Part shown: positions 51,088 to 60,888 of the stretch, piece by piece | Numbering within the stretch: the stretch's first letter is position 1 | How the letters are laid out: every line of letters starts with the position of its first letter | Assembly (NCBI GenBank): GCA_965246715.1 | Contig: CBDFFH010000051.1 | Location: 32,001 to 96,000, forward strand | Reading direction: 5' to 3' | Source: Chamaesiphon sp. | GTDB lineage: Bacteria > Cyanobacteriota > Cyanobacteriia > Cyanobacteriales > Chamaesiphonaceae | Length of the DNA: 64,000 nucleotides | Program-made: the position numbers and the translations under genes | The notes under the pieces: generated by a model | Told to the model about the DNA's origin: nothing | Database searches by the model: none | What the model saw: only the letters and a program-made list of their open reading frames with translations

Positions 51088-51591
51088 ATGACATCTACGC
51101 CATCTTTGCCATCACAGCCGACCACGAAAAGACCTGTAAAAGAAAAACTTCGCATTATTTTAGCGATTTGCATCATTATCGTCGGCATCATGCATTTTGC
51201 CGTAGCCGATCCTTTTATCAAGATCGTGCCGCCCTACCTGCCCTACCATCGGGAATTGGTATATATTAGCGGGTTCTTTGAAATATTAGGTGGGATCGGA
51301 GTTTTAGTTCCGCCAGTGAGTCAAGCTGCGGCTTGGGGACTATTATTACTATTTATCGCTGTATTTCCCGCTAATATTAATATGGCGGTCAACGCGATCG
51401 ATCTGCCACATATTCCCGATTCATCGTTGTTCCGCTGGGGACGACTGCCATTTCAAGCGGTGCTAATTGCCTGGGCTTGGTGGTACACTCGACCAGATGA
51501 CTTGGCTCGACAAGCATCGATCGTGCCACAGCATTTGGTGGAGTCTTTAACGACAACAGAACTATCCACAACCAAAGAGCCGCAACGTTAG
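51088..51591 (+). CDS. DoxX-family membrane protein
   Basis: GIMHF...IVPPYLP...VYISGFFEI...AVFPANI...RLPFQ. Confidence 0.88.
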   Translation: MTSTPSLPSQPTTKRPVKEKLRIILAICIIIVGIMHFAVADPFIKIVPPYLPYHRELVYISGFFEILGGIGVLVPPVSQAAAWGLLLLFIAVFPANINMAVNAIDLPHIPDSSLFRWGRLPFQAVLIAWAWWYTRPDDLARQASIVPQHLVESLTTTELSTTKEPQR

Positions 51592-51664
51592 AACCGATAG
51601 CGAGATCGAGTTTTGGGAGCGATTGTGTTCAGTTGGTGTTTTCCAATTTGATTTATCTTAATTA

Positions 51665-52632
51665 ACGTCAGTTCGGGTTAAGCCGAAGGCGGTAACACCC
51701 ACTCAAATCCAAGAGAGGGCTTCTTCGGCTGATGGCAATAGGCAATTAAACCACACAAAACATTCACACAAAAGTTGACGGGGCTACGATGACGAGAATG
51801 TTCGACTTGGGAAATATTTTTGAGCTGGTCAATAATCGTTTCAATAATTGAACGTTTTCTGCTCAAAAATTTGTCATTTAAACGCATTAATTTGTTCTTC
51901 ATATTTCGCTTCGGTTTAGCGAAAAATTCTATTCCCTCATCTTCAAATAACTGTGTTGCTAATGATTGAGACACATAGCCCTTGTCAGCAAAAATCTTAC
52001 CAAACAGAGATGAAACTAAGTTTAGGACTGGCTTGCGATCGTCAATATTACCAGGGGTCAGCATGATATTTAGAAGTTCACCGTTTTCATTAGCTACTAG
52101 ATGTAACTTAAAGCCAAAGAACCAATCCACAGAGGTTTTGCCGCGAGCCGCCAGATTTTTAAAAACTTTATGTCCAGATATCCGTCGATTATGGCAGACT
52201 TTTAAACAAGTGGAATCAATAAAACTAATCCCTGTGCAAGCACCAAAGCACTGCTTGAGATAAACACATAAGGGCATCAGTGTCTGAGGTATCCATTCTA
52301 CAAACCGTTGATAGCTGGGCAATAGGGGAAAAGCATCTGCCCAATAAACACTTACATGGTCGATGTAATAATGCTTGAAATTTCGGTAATGGTGCTGATG
52401 AAATGTTATCAAAATCGTCATGATTTCACTCAAACAGAGGCTTTTGGCTCGGCGACGGGTTTTGCTCCCATCGGAAATGAGCTGTAAGTGCCAGCTCGGT
52501 TCAAACTTTTGGCAGAAATTGTCGATATCACAGAATAATGCATCTAAACTATTCATAGGAGGGTGTGCTAAATCGTTGATAGTAATACCTTTTAGCTTAA
52601 CGCCCCCTCCTTTTCTTAACCCGAACTGACGT
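51665..52632 (-). mobile_element. IS982-family insertion sequence, complete
   Basis: Perfect 18-bp IRs ACGTCAGTTCGGGTTAAG; TAATTA duplicated at 51659-51664 and 52633-52638; 968 bp; single transposase. Confidence 0.95.
51678..52556 (-). CDS. IS982-family DDE transposase
   Basis: FIDSTCL, WFFGFKLH, FADKGY, RKRSIIETI; intact 292 aa; stop codon lies inside the IR. Confidence 0.95.
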   Translation of the reverse strand: MNSLDALFCDIDNFCQKFEPSWHLQLISDGSKTRRRAKSLCLSEIMTILITFHQHHYRNFKHYYIDHVSVYWADAFPLLPSYQRFVEWIPQTLMPLCVYLKQCFGACTGISFIDSTCLKVCHNRRISGHKVFKNLAARGKTSVDWFFGFKLHLVANENGELLNIMLTPGNIDDRKPVLNLVSSLFGKIFADKGYVSQSLATQLFEDEGIEFFAKPKRNMKNKLMRLNDKFLSRKRSIIETIIDQLKNISQVEHSRHRSPVNFCVNVLCGLIAYCHQPKKPSLGFEWVLPPSA

Positions 52633-52688
52633 TAATTACCATAAATTAGTGGTGCAGATATCGCAGTGCGGACAGCGATCGATCGCCA

Positions 52689-55600
52689 TCAAGATTTAAG
52701 TCCAAAACTTCTAATTTGCCATGGATTGATTATTGAATTTGGAGTCTCCAACTCTGGCGCGTCAAATAGATTTACCACTCGATCGATCTCCAAGTCTAAA
52801 TCCCCAGTTAACTCGATTTCTCCTGCAACTCCATGACATTCATAACACCGCATCACCCACGTTTGTGCGGGATCGTCTGATGGTTTGAATGCCATCAATA
52901 CCAGATTATCCGCTTGTAAATTGAGAAGACTGCTGGCTGAAGCTAATTCATCCCCAGTACTTGCGGCGGTAATTTCTCGATCGAACTGTAAAACCTGTAA
53001 AGGTGAATTTAATTCATAACCTTTGCGGACTGTTGCGGCGGTTTGCCAGGTGCCAGCATGAGGATAAACTGCGTAGGTAAATTCATGGTAGCCCCAATCG
53101 GCAATCGGATCTGGCCAAGTAGAACTACGCAACAAAGTCAATCGTAAATAATCGGTACCAGCATCATAGCCATACTTACAATCATTTAACAAACTCACGC
53201 CATACTCGCCCGAATTATCGGTCAGATCTGCCCAGCGATGTGCCGGAACTTCCCATTTAGCTTTATCTGCTGGTGTTTCAGGTTTTGTAGTGCGATCGAT
53301 TGCGCCGCAAGCGGTTTCATAAGTTGCGCGATCGGCGGTAATATTTAAGGGGAAATTAGCCTTAACTAAGACATGTTCGGCTTGCCAATCGACGCAAGTT
53401 TCAATGCGTAAGATCGGTGAATGAGCATCTAAAATATAATCTTGCTGAAAATCGCAACCAGCGAGTTCGCGGACTACCCGCACACACTGCCGCAATTCGC
53501 CGCGTTCGCGCCACTCGATCGATTTTAAGCGGCTGGGAGCTAGGCTTTTTTTGGCATATTCAGGATCGATATTCCACGCGTCCCAATATTGTCCCGCATC
53601 TTGGAAGGCTTCGAGGTGGTTTCCCCCAATCTCATCCTGGAGTACTTCCCGCCGATCGAGCTTATCCCAGATCCTGGCAATATCTCCAGTATGAAAATCG
53701 ACTTTCACCAGCAAAAACTGGTTTTCGAGTGTAAAGTTGTCAGCACCTAAGCTGTCTAACTCTGAATCGCTTTCATCGTAACGAAACCTACCGAGGACAA
53801 AACATATGCTCAGCCAGAAAGTTCGATAACCGATACTAGGTAAATCGGCAGCCAAAAATAATAAATTTCCGTCTGATACCTCACAAGGTACCAATCTTCC
53901 CTCTGAATCAAATAATGCGCACTCCGCACCTATATAGTTAATTGGTAAACTAATTAACTCCGTGCGTTGCCAATTTGATGGGTTGAAGATAACGATCGGC
54001 AAATTTGCATAGCGTGGGGGATTGAGAGAGATGCGATCGCCAATTTGATTCAGTGCATCGCTAATTATTTGGGTAGTCACTCGTTCGACACTTTCCCAAG
54101 CTTCATTTGCGGTCACATAGACAGGCTCGATCGCCGTACCAGGAATGATATCGTGAAACTGGTTGAATAATGTTTGTTTCCAGACAGTTTCTAACTGCAA
54201 CTTTAGATCTTCTGGATAAGGTCGATCGCAGACGATACATGCCAATGAAGACCATAGTTCGGCTTGATATAATAAATCCTCGCACTGACGATTCGATCGC
54301 TTTTGATCGGCATGAGTGGTAAAACAACCGCGATGAAATTCAAGATATAATTCATCTTTCCAAACAGGTAAAGATCGACTATCCTTCCGACTCGCTAGTT
54401 TATCTAAATACTTAACCGCAGTTGTAAATTCTAAATTGGGAAATACATCTGAATGCGACCATCGATCGGCTAATTCCAGCATGTCGCGCGTTGGCCCACC
54501 ACCGTGATCGCCCACACCAAATAACCATAGCGATTCATCGATCCCAGTATTAGTTTGCCAATTACATGCATAATCGATCATCTTCAGCGGATCGATACCT
54601 TCGCCGATTTCTGATGACATCAAACTCAGAATCCGACTCCCATCGGGAGCTTCCCACCAGAATAATTGATGGGGAAATTTGGTTGTATCGTTCCACTGGA
54701 ATTTTTGGGTAACGAAATAATCGATCTTACCCTGTAATAATAATTGCGGTAATTGCCAACAAAATCCAAATGTATCGGGCAGCCAAGCAACTTTAGTATA
54801 TGTCCCAAATTTAGAGATGTTGTAGCGTTGTCCGTAGATAATTTGCCGCGCGATCGATTCTCCAGAAATTAGATTCAGATCTGGTTCGATCCACATACCA
54901 CCGACGACTTCCCAGGTACCTGCTTTAATCTGCTGACAGATGCGATCGAACAATTCAGGCTGATTAATTTCGATCCATTCATATAATGCTGGCGTGGAAT
55001 GACAAAAAGTCAGCTTAGGAAATAATTGTTGTAAATTTATCGCTGAACTAAACGTCCGCTCTGCTACTTCCCAAGTCTCTGCCACTTCCCACAACCAAGC
55101 CATGTCGAGATGCGCGTGACCGAGTAATTGGATTGTGAATTGTGGATTGTGGATTGTGGATTGTGGATCTTTGCTAGCAATAGATTTAACCTGTTGTTTG
55201 ATATCTAACAAATGTTGAGTGAATATATTGCTATTCTGTTTGAGCAAATCATAATCGATCGATTCGATAACCTCTTCGATTTCACCCACGCGTTCGGGGT
55301 TAAAACTCGCGACCTGTTTTACCACGACCATCAACTCATCTGCCAACCAGCCTGGTTCGGGATTTGTGGTGTCAGCAGACTCAAAAACCAGCTTCGATCG
55401 CATCAAAGCACCGAGATCGTGTCCAGGACTCACCAGCCGCAACCGCACGTCTACAGACGTTCCTGGTACCAATCTGGAAGTCAACAAAATGCGCGGGCTA
55501 TGGTCGAATAAGTCCCCTTCCTGTACCAGCACCCCATCGATGAAAACCTGTGCGATCTCCGCCCACCACGTCAATGCCAACCGACAAGATAATCCAGCCA

Positions 55601-55874
55601 GCGGATATCCATGCAATTGTGTCGGCATCGCTAATTGCTGTCCCAACCAGATCTCTTTACTACCTCGCTCCCAGGTAACATAGCCCTTGTCGTTCGGGAG
55701 CGCCTCATCCCATCCAGCAATATCCCCAGTTCTAGAGCCGCCCTCGCTGCACATCCGCCAATCGGTTAAAATAATACTCTGACTCAACTCGCGCAAGCGT
55801 TGGCACAGCACCTCAGCCCGAGCATCGATCTTTACCGCTGGCGACGATCCAAAAATTTGCTCGGAACTATCCAT
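52689..55874 (-). CDS. Alpha-mannosidase, GH38
   Basis: GHAHLDMAWLW, WLPDTFG, GVGDHGGGPT, ELYLEFHRG, NQFHDIIPG, LLNDCKYG. Confidence 0.95.
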   Translation of the reverse strand: MDSSEQIFGSSPAVKIDARAEVLCQRLRELSQSIILTDWRMCSEGGSRTGDIAGWDEALPNDKGYVTWERGSKEIWLGQQLAMPTQLHGYPLAGLSCRLALTWWAEIAQVFIDGVLVQEGDLFDHSPRILLTSRLVPGTSVDVRLRLVSPGHDLGALMRSKLVFESADTTNPEPGWLADELMVVVKQVASFNPERVGEIEEVIESIDYDLLKQNSNIFTQHLLDIKQQVKSIASKDPQSTIHNPQFTIQLLGHAHLDMAWLWEVAETWEVAERTFSSAINLQQLFPKLTFCHSTPALYEWIEINQPELFDRICQQIKAGTWEVVGGMWIEPDLNLISGESIARQIIYGQRYNISKFGTYTKVAWLPDTFGFCWQLPQLLLQGKIDYFVTQKFQWNDTTKFPHQLFWWEAPDGSRILSLMSSEIGEGIDPLKMIDYACNWQTNTGIDESLWLFGVGDHGGGPTRDMLELADRWSHSDVFPNLEFTTAVKYLDKLASRKDSRSLPVWKDELYLEFHRGCFTTHADQKRSNRQCEDLLYQAELWSSLACIVCDRPYPEDLKLQLETVWKQTLFNQFHDIIPGTAIEPVYVTANEAWESVERVTTQIISDALNQIGDRISLNPPRYANLPIVIFNPSNWQRTELISLPINYIGAECALFDSEGRLVPCEVSDGNLLFLAADLPSIGYRTFWLSICFVLGRFRYDESDSELDSLGADNFTLENQFLLVKVDFHTGDIARIWDKLDRREVLQDEIGGNHLEAFQDAGQYWDAWNIDPEYAKKSLAPSRLKSIEWRERGELRQCVRVVRELAGCDFQQDYILDAHSPILRIETCVDWQAEHVLVKANFPLNITADRATYETACGAIDRTTKPETPADKAKWEVPAHRWADLTDNSGEYGVSLLNDCKYGYDAGTDYLRLTLLRSSTWPDPIADWGYHEFTYAVYPHAGTWQTAATVRKGYELNSPLQVLQFDREITAASTGDELASASSLLNLQADNLVLMAFKPSDDPAQTWVMRCYECHGVAGEIELTGDLDLEIDRVVNLFDAPELETPNSIINPWQIRSFGLKS
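55131..55168. repeat. STRR heptamer array (GATTGTG)n inside the mannosidase CDS
   Basis: GATTGTG AATTGTG GATTGTG GATTGTG GATTGTG GAT, encoding DPQSTIHNPQFTI. Confidence 0.85.
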
Positions 55875-56086
55875 AATTTCGCTAGAATCTTAGGTATTTA
55901 AAAGATCGATGTATTCCTAATTTACGCCGGTCTGGCTGAAATTTCCGACATGGCGATCGTGTTGCCTCAGATTAGTGCATCGCCAGCCAATTAAATCTTT
56001 GCTGTTAAGCAGTGCTACCATATCATCGATCTCCTGCATCTCTCTCCTCACTAGTCACGAGCCACTAGTTACTGACCTAACCTGTT

Positions 56087-57469
56087 ATGTCTGGAAATTA
56101 CCAAAGCCGAGTTTTTACCTTTGTCAGTCGCAGCACCGATCGATTGAAAGATAGCTGCGCCAAAGGATTGCGACATCTCAAGGTGGCAGTAGTTTGGAGC
56201 GGTCAGATTTTACTCTCTCCCCTCCACTGGCTGGCACAGGCCACCAAAATCTTTCAACCCCAGCTCCCGCCGCCACGCCAGCAACCAATCCTCTCGCAGC
56301 AACCCGCTGCCGATATTAACATCGAACAGGCACTAGAGTTAGTGAAGGTAGCTGGCTACCCAATCGAAATTACCCAAAACGGCACTTCAATGCTCGTCGA
56401 GCTATCCGAGATCGAAATTACTCAGCCAAAATCTTCTTTAACTGTAGAGCGATCTGCTACCGCTCCCACCTTATCGCATCCAACTACCGGAATTATCACG
56501 ATTGAAGTTCCACACGAAATTACTTATACTCGCGTCCACCAAGTCACTGCGCCCAAAATAACTATTCGCGGACTTAGTTCGTTATTAAGCGATCGACAGT
56601 TGGTATTAGTTACGAATGAAAATGAAATTTTAGATATTTTAACTCTCGCTCAGCAACAAGAAATTCGCCGCCGCATCGGGCTAGATATCGCGCTCGCTTG
56701 GCATCAATGGCAGACAAGTAAATTAGCTGGCAGCGGTGCAACCAAACTCAGCGGTAGCACAACATTATCACTTGCTGGCGAACGCAAGTTCGAGCGCGAA
56801 CTACCACCACCAAATTTATTCGATCGGTTGACTGATTGGTTTAAAAAAGAACCCAGACCACAAAATTTGCCCAATGTCCAACTAGAAAATATTCGCGCTA
56901 ATAACCAGCAATCTCCAGAGCAACTGCCTCCCGCCCAATATTCATTTACACCCCAACCGCCACATCTCGATCGGCTTTTAGATCTCCCTCAACTTCCACC
57001 GATTAAAGAAGAAGATAGCTCGATCGCACCAGACAATGCGATCGGTCAAATTGTTGCTAAATTTCAACCCAAGTGGTTCGATCGGTTGTGGAGATATTAT
57101 CAAGATTATGTATATATTCCCGCGCCAACCGACAGCACGATCGTTTACCAACCACCCCAAGAATTTGAATTAATTCCGATCGATCCCAAGCCCAGTAAAA
57201 TTGTTTCAAATCAAAGAGATCGAATCGAACTACAGAGCGATCGTCCTGCGACAACGCGACAGCTTCAAGACTCGGCTAAGTTAGCAAAAAAACATTGGCA
57301 AAACCTGGAATATCAACCAGATTGGATCGAAGCAATATCTGAAGAAATCGGTTATAGTCAAACTCCATTCGCACGATTTTTAGCATGGCTCGATCGGATT
57401 GTCCTCGCGATCGAAAATTGGGCGATCGAACTCTGGAATAAAATTATGAATGCTCGATCGGCCGACTGA
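56087..57469 (+). CDS. Cyanobacterial hypothetical protein
   Basis: 460-aa ORF; YQSRVF N-terminus, LVLVTNENEILDILT core, DWIE...GY...WLDR C-terminus. Confidence 0.8.
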   Translation: MSGNYQSRVFTFVSRSTDRLKDSCAKGLRHLKVAVVWSGQILLSPLHWLAQATKIFQPQLPPPRQQPILSQQPAADINIEQALELVKVAGYPIEITQNGTSMLVELSEIEITQPKSSLTVERSATAPTLSHPTTGIITIEVPHEITYTRVHQVTAPKITIRGLSSLLSDRQLVLVTNENEILDILTLAQQQEIRRRIGLDIALAWHQWQTSKLAGSGATKLSGSTTLSLAGERKFERELPPPNLFDRLTDWFKKEPRPQNLPNVQLENIRANNQQSPEQLPPAQYSFTPQPPHLDRLLDLPQLPPIKEEDSSIAPDNAIGQIVAKFQPKWFDRLWRYYQDYVYIPAPTDSTIVYQPPQEFELIPIDPKPSKIVSNQRDRIELQSDRPATTRQLQDSAKLAKKHWQNLEYQPDWIEAISEEIGYSQTPFARFLAWLDRIVLAIENWAIELWNKIMNARSAD

Positions 57470-57589
57470 AATCGTCTTTAATCGATAATAATTTAACCGT
57501 CAGCAGATCCGAGCTGACAAACCGATCGGTCTTGGAAGTTTATCCGAGCTGACGACCGATTGCTAAACTAAATAATTGGCGAACTCTGA

Positions 57590-58060
57590 CTACTTTTGAC
57601 ATAGTGGAATACCGAACTGCTCCACTTGGGCTGGGGTGACGGTGAAATTTATCGCCTGTTCGTGAGTACCCAGAACGCGAGTTCGTTTTGCATCACTATA
57701 GAGAGTAACCAGGATCCGGTAGTTCCGTCCGTTGGTAACGCAACTGAGATTGGGTGAAAGTATTCCGATTCGCTTCTCATTGGCTTTAAAGACATAAGTA
57801 GTAGATAAGGGTTTGCTACTATTTGCTGGGTTCTCAAATTCAGCAACTGCAACCGCACCAGCCGGAATATTTTGGCTGAGGTCGAGTATCAATGAGTAAC
57901 CTGGTGTTACAGGTTTGGTTTCGGTGCGAAAAATCATCCCACCACCAAATGTAGTGAAATATGCCGATCGAGTCGGCTCTGGTCGTGATTGTGCCAAGCT
58001 AGGCGCAGCCAGCAAGAGGAAGCTCGACAGCGTAACCAAGAACCGAAGGGAATCGCGCAT
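57590..58060 (-). CDS. Secreted hypothetical protein
   Basis: Signal peptide (…APSLA|Q), beta-rich, two Cys. Confidence 0.75.
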   Translation of the reverse strand: MRDSLRFLVTLSSFLLLAAPSLAQSRPEPTRSAYFTTFGGGMIFRTETKPVTPGYSLILDLSQNIPAGAVAVAEFENPANSSKPLSTTYVFKANEKRIGILSPNLSCVTNGRNYRILVTLYSDAKRTRVLGTHEQAINFTVTPAQVEQFGIPLCQK

Positions 58061-58264
58061 ACTCTATTGTTGTAATTGTCTATCTTTCATTATTCTAGCT
58101 TGCGAATGAATCCAAATACCTCGTGTAAATCGGTAGCCATCCCGCAATCGACAGTTCCACTCGATCGCTAAATTGCAGCACAAATCTAATCGATCGCCTC
58201 AAGATCGATCGATCCCAAATAAACAAGATAAGATATAATATTGCTCTCTTGTCTTCAGAATTTT

Positions 58265-59623
58265 ATGTCGCTGCCGATCGTTGCTATTATAGGTCGTCCT
58301 AACGTGGGTAAATCCACACTCGTCAATCGGTTGGCGGGCGCAAGGGAATCGATCGTGCATGATGAGCCAGGAGTTACCCGCGATCGCACATATCGACGGG
58401 CATTTTGGCGGGATCGTGAGTTTGTGGTCGTCGATACGGGTGGACTCGTATTCGACGATGATACGGAATTTTTACCTTTGATTCGCGAACAGGCGTTGGC
58501 TGCTCTTTCGCAGGCTGCGGCGGCAATCTTTGTCGTCGATGGGCAAGAAGGAATCACAGGTGGCGATATGGAAATTGCCACCTGGCTACGCATTCAAAAA
58601 ATCCCTGTCTTTGTCGCAGTCAATAAATGCGAATCTGAGACCGTAGGTGCCCTCCAAACCGCTGATTTTTGGGAATTGGGTATCGGCGAACCTTATGGGA
58701 TTTCCAGCATTCACGGAAGCGGTACGGGCGAGTTATTGGATGAATTAATCCTGAGTTTGCCGGTGGTCGAAGAAGTGGAAGCTCCCGAAATTCGGATCGC
58801 CATTATCGGTCGACCGAATGTTGGTAAATCGAGTTTGTTAAATGCTTTCTTGGGAGAAAATCGCGCGATCGTCAGTCCGGTTTCGGGGACTACCCGCGAT
58901 GCGATCGATACCGTAATTACCCGGAATGATAAAAATTATCGCCTGATCGATACTGCCGGGATTCGGCGGAAGAAAAATGTCGATTATGGCCCCGAATTCT
59001 TTGGGATCAACCGGGCGTTTCGGGCGATCGATCGGTGTGATGTAGTCCTACTGGTGCTAAATGCTGAAGATGGTGTCACCGAGCAGGATCAAAAACTCGC
59101 GGGGCGGATCTCCGAAGAAGGTCGTGCTTGCGTGATTGTGGTCAATAAATGGGATGCGGTCGAGAAAGACTCTTATACTATTTACGACTATCAACAGCAA
59201 TTAAGTAGTCGGCTCAACTTCACTGAATGGGCGGAAAATATCTTCGTGAGCGCACTGACCGGACAACGGGTTGATAAAATCTTAGAGATCGTCGATCGTG
59301 CGGTCGAACAACACCGTCGGCGTGTCAGTACAGCCGTAATTAACGAAGTGATCGAAGAGTCTACCACCTGGCACAATCCTTTGGTTACTCGTCAGGGTAA
59401 ACAGGGCAAAATATACTATGGCACTCAGGTAAGTACTCAGCCACCGACGATCGCCCTATTTGTCAACGATCCCTCACGGTTTAATGACAACTATCGTCGG
59501 TATATCGAAAACCAGTTTCGCACTCAGCTCGGCTTCGCCGGAACTCCCCTACGCCTGCTCTGGCGTGGGAAGAAACAACGGGAAGGTGAGAAAATCGCCA
59601 ATCGGGCAACCAGGGTGAAGTAG
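58265..59623 (+). CDS. der: Ribosome biogenesis GTPase Der/EngA
   Basis: Two GRPNVGKS G-domains, DTGG/DTAG, NKCE/NKWD, KH-like C-terminus. Confidence 0.98.
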   Translation: MSLPIVAIIGRPNVGKSTLVNRLAGARESIVHDEPGVTRDRTYRRAFWRDREFVVVDTGGLVFDDDTEFLPLIREQALAALSQAAAAIFVVDGQEGITGGDMEIATWLRIQKIPVFVAVNKCESETVGALQTADFWELGIGEPYGISSIHGSGTGELLDELILSLPVVEEVEAPEIRIAIIGRPNVGKSSLLNAFLGENRAIVSPVSGTTRDAIDTVITRNDKNYRLIDTAGIRRKKNVDYGPEFFGINRAFRAIDRCDVVLLVLNAEDGVTEQDQKLAGRISEEGRACVIVVNKWDAVEKDSYTIYDYQQQLSSRLNFTEWAENIFVSALTGQRVDKILEIVDRAVEQHRRRVSTAVINEVIEESTTWHNPLVTRQGKQGKIYYGTQVSTQPPTIALFVNDPSRFNDNYRRYIENQFRTQLGFAGTPLRLLWRGKKQREGEKIANRATRVK

Positions 59624-59626
59624 GGG

Positions 59627-59873
59627 GTAGTGAATAGTGAATAGTGAACAGTGAATAGTGAATAGTAAGTAGCTCGGCATTATTAACTATAAATTACTCT
59701 GTAGTTTTAGTAGGGTGGACAATATGCACTATTTGTTTTTCAAGTATAATCTACTCAGAAAATAATTGCTAAAGTTGTAAGCGTTAAGCAAGAAGAAAAT
59801 ATTGAATTGAAGCTTACAACAACCTATTCTAACTACCTCTTACTATTCACTATTTACTGTTCACTGTTCACTA
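59627..59873. repeat. Inverted pair of STRR arrays, (ATAGTGA)n and (TTCACTA)n, around an AT-rich spacer
   Basis: About six units at 59627-59668 and about four reverse-complement units at 59841-59873. Confidence 0.8.
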
Positions 59874-59881
59874 AACCCTAG

Positions 59882-60772
59882 ATGGATCTACTCCGCTCGC
59901 TACCAATCGGTACATATTTAGAACAACCCATTACTTGGCTGCATCGTCTCGATCCTAGAGTAAAACTAGGGTGGTTATTGAGTTTTCTATTAGCGCCAGT
60001 ACTTGCCAATCCAATTTGGAAAGTGGCTTTAGTTTTACTACTAGTAGCGATTAGTATCCTCGCAGGGATTCCCTGGCGCGCACTCAAACAACAGATGGGT
60101 TGGTTATTGTTAATTTGTGGAGCAATTTTTCTAGTTGGTCTGTTATCACCAGATGGTATCAATACCATTCATCAACCTCGATCGCCAGTAGATCCTGGAG
60201 TAGTGCTTGCCAAGCCTTATCGGTATATTTTATTTCAGCTCGACTCTGGCATCATTCACCTCAAAATTACTAAAAAATCGATCGATAATGCCATTCATCT
60301 CAGTAGTTTAATTTTTACGGTGGCATACAGTACCAGTGTTTACCTACTGACTACTTCACCAGAAGAAATTGCTACTGGCTTGGAAGATTTGATGTCACCG
60401 TTGCGCCGCTACAATGTCCCAGTGACAGAGATTGCCTTGACGCTCACCCTCTCGCTACGGTTCATTCCATTGGTCTTGGAAGAAATTCAAAATTTAGTGC
60501 GATCGGTTTATACTCGGGCGATTAATTGGCAAAAATTAGGATTCAAAAATAGCGCCAAAGTCTGGCTGACTGTTGCCGAAAAACTGCTAGAGAACCTATT
60601 AGTCAGAGCCGAGCAAATTGCAGTAGCAATGCAGGTAAGAGGTTTTACTACGCCAAATACCCATAAAGTTCAATGGCACCAATTAAAATTAGGTCTTACT
60701 GACTTTGTGGCCATCTCGATCCTCGTTGTCTTCTGGATGGCTAGATTTGCGATCGGCAATCAATTTGCTTAG
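59882..60772 (+). CDS. ECF transporter T component (CbiQ/EcfT family)
   Basis: LHRLDPRVKL, LTTSPEEI, LSLRFIPLV, AMQVRGF. Confidence 0.92.
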   Translation: MDLLRSLPIGTYLEQPITWLHRLDPRVKLGWLLSFLLAPVLANPIWKVALVLLLVAISILAGIPWRALKQQMGWLLLICGAIFLVGLLSPDGINTIHQPRSPVDPGVVLAKPYRYILFQLDSGIIHLKITKKSIDNAIHLSSLIFTVAYSTSVYLLTTSPEEIATGLEDLMSPLRRYNVPVTEIALTLTLSLRFIPLVLEEIQNLVRSVYTRAINWQKLGFKNSAKVWLTVAEKLLENLLVRAEQIAVAMQVRGFTTPNTHKVQWHQLKLGLTDFVAISILVVFWMARFAIGNQFA

Positions 60773-60888
60773 GAGAGCAATACCCGAGCGTGCTGAGTAT
60801 AAAAGGCGCTAAGAGAGATGTTCGAGGAGCATAGATCTAAAAAGTGCTCTTAGATTCATAATTTATCATTCATCATTCATAATCTGTC

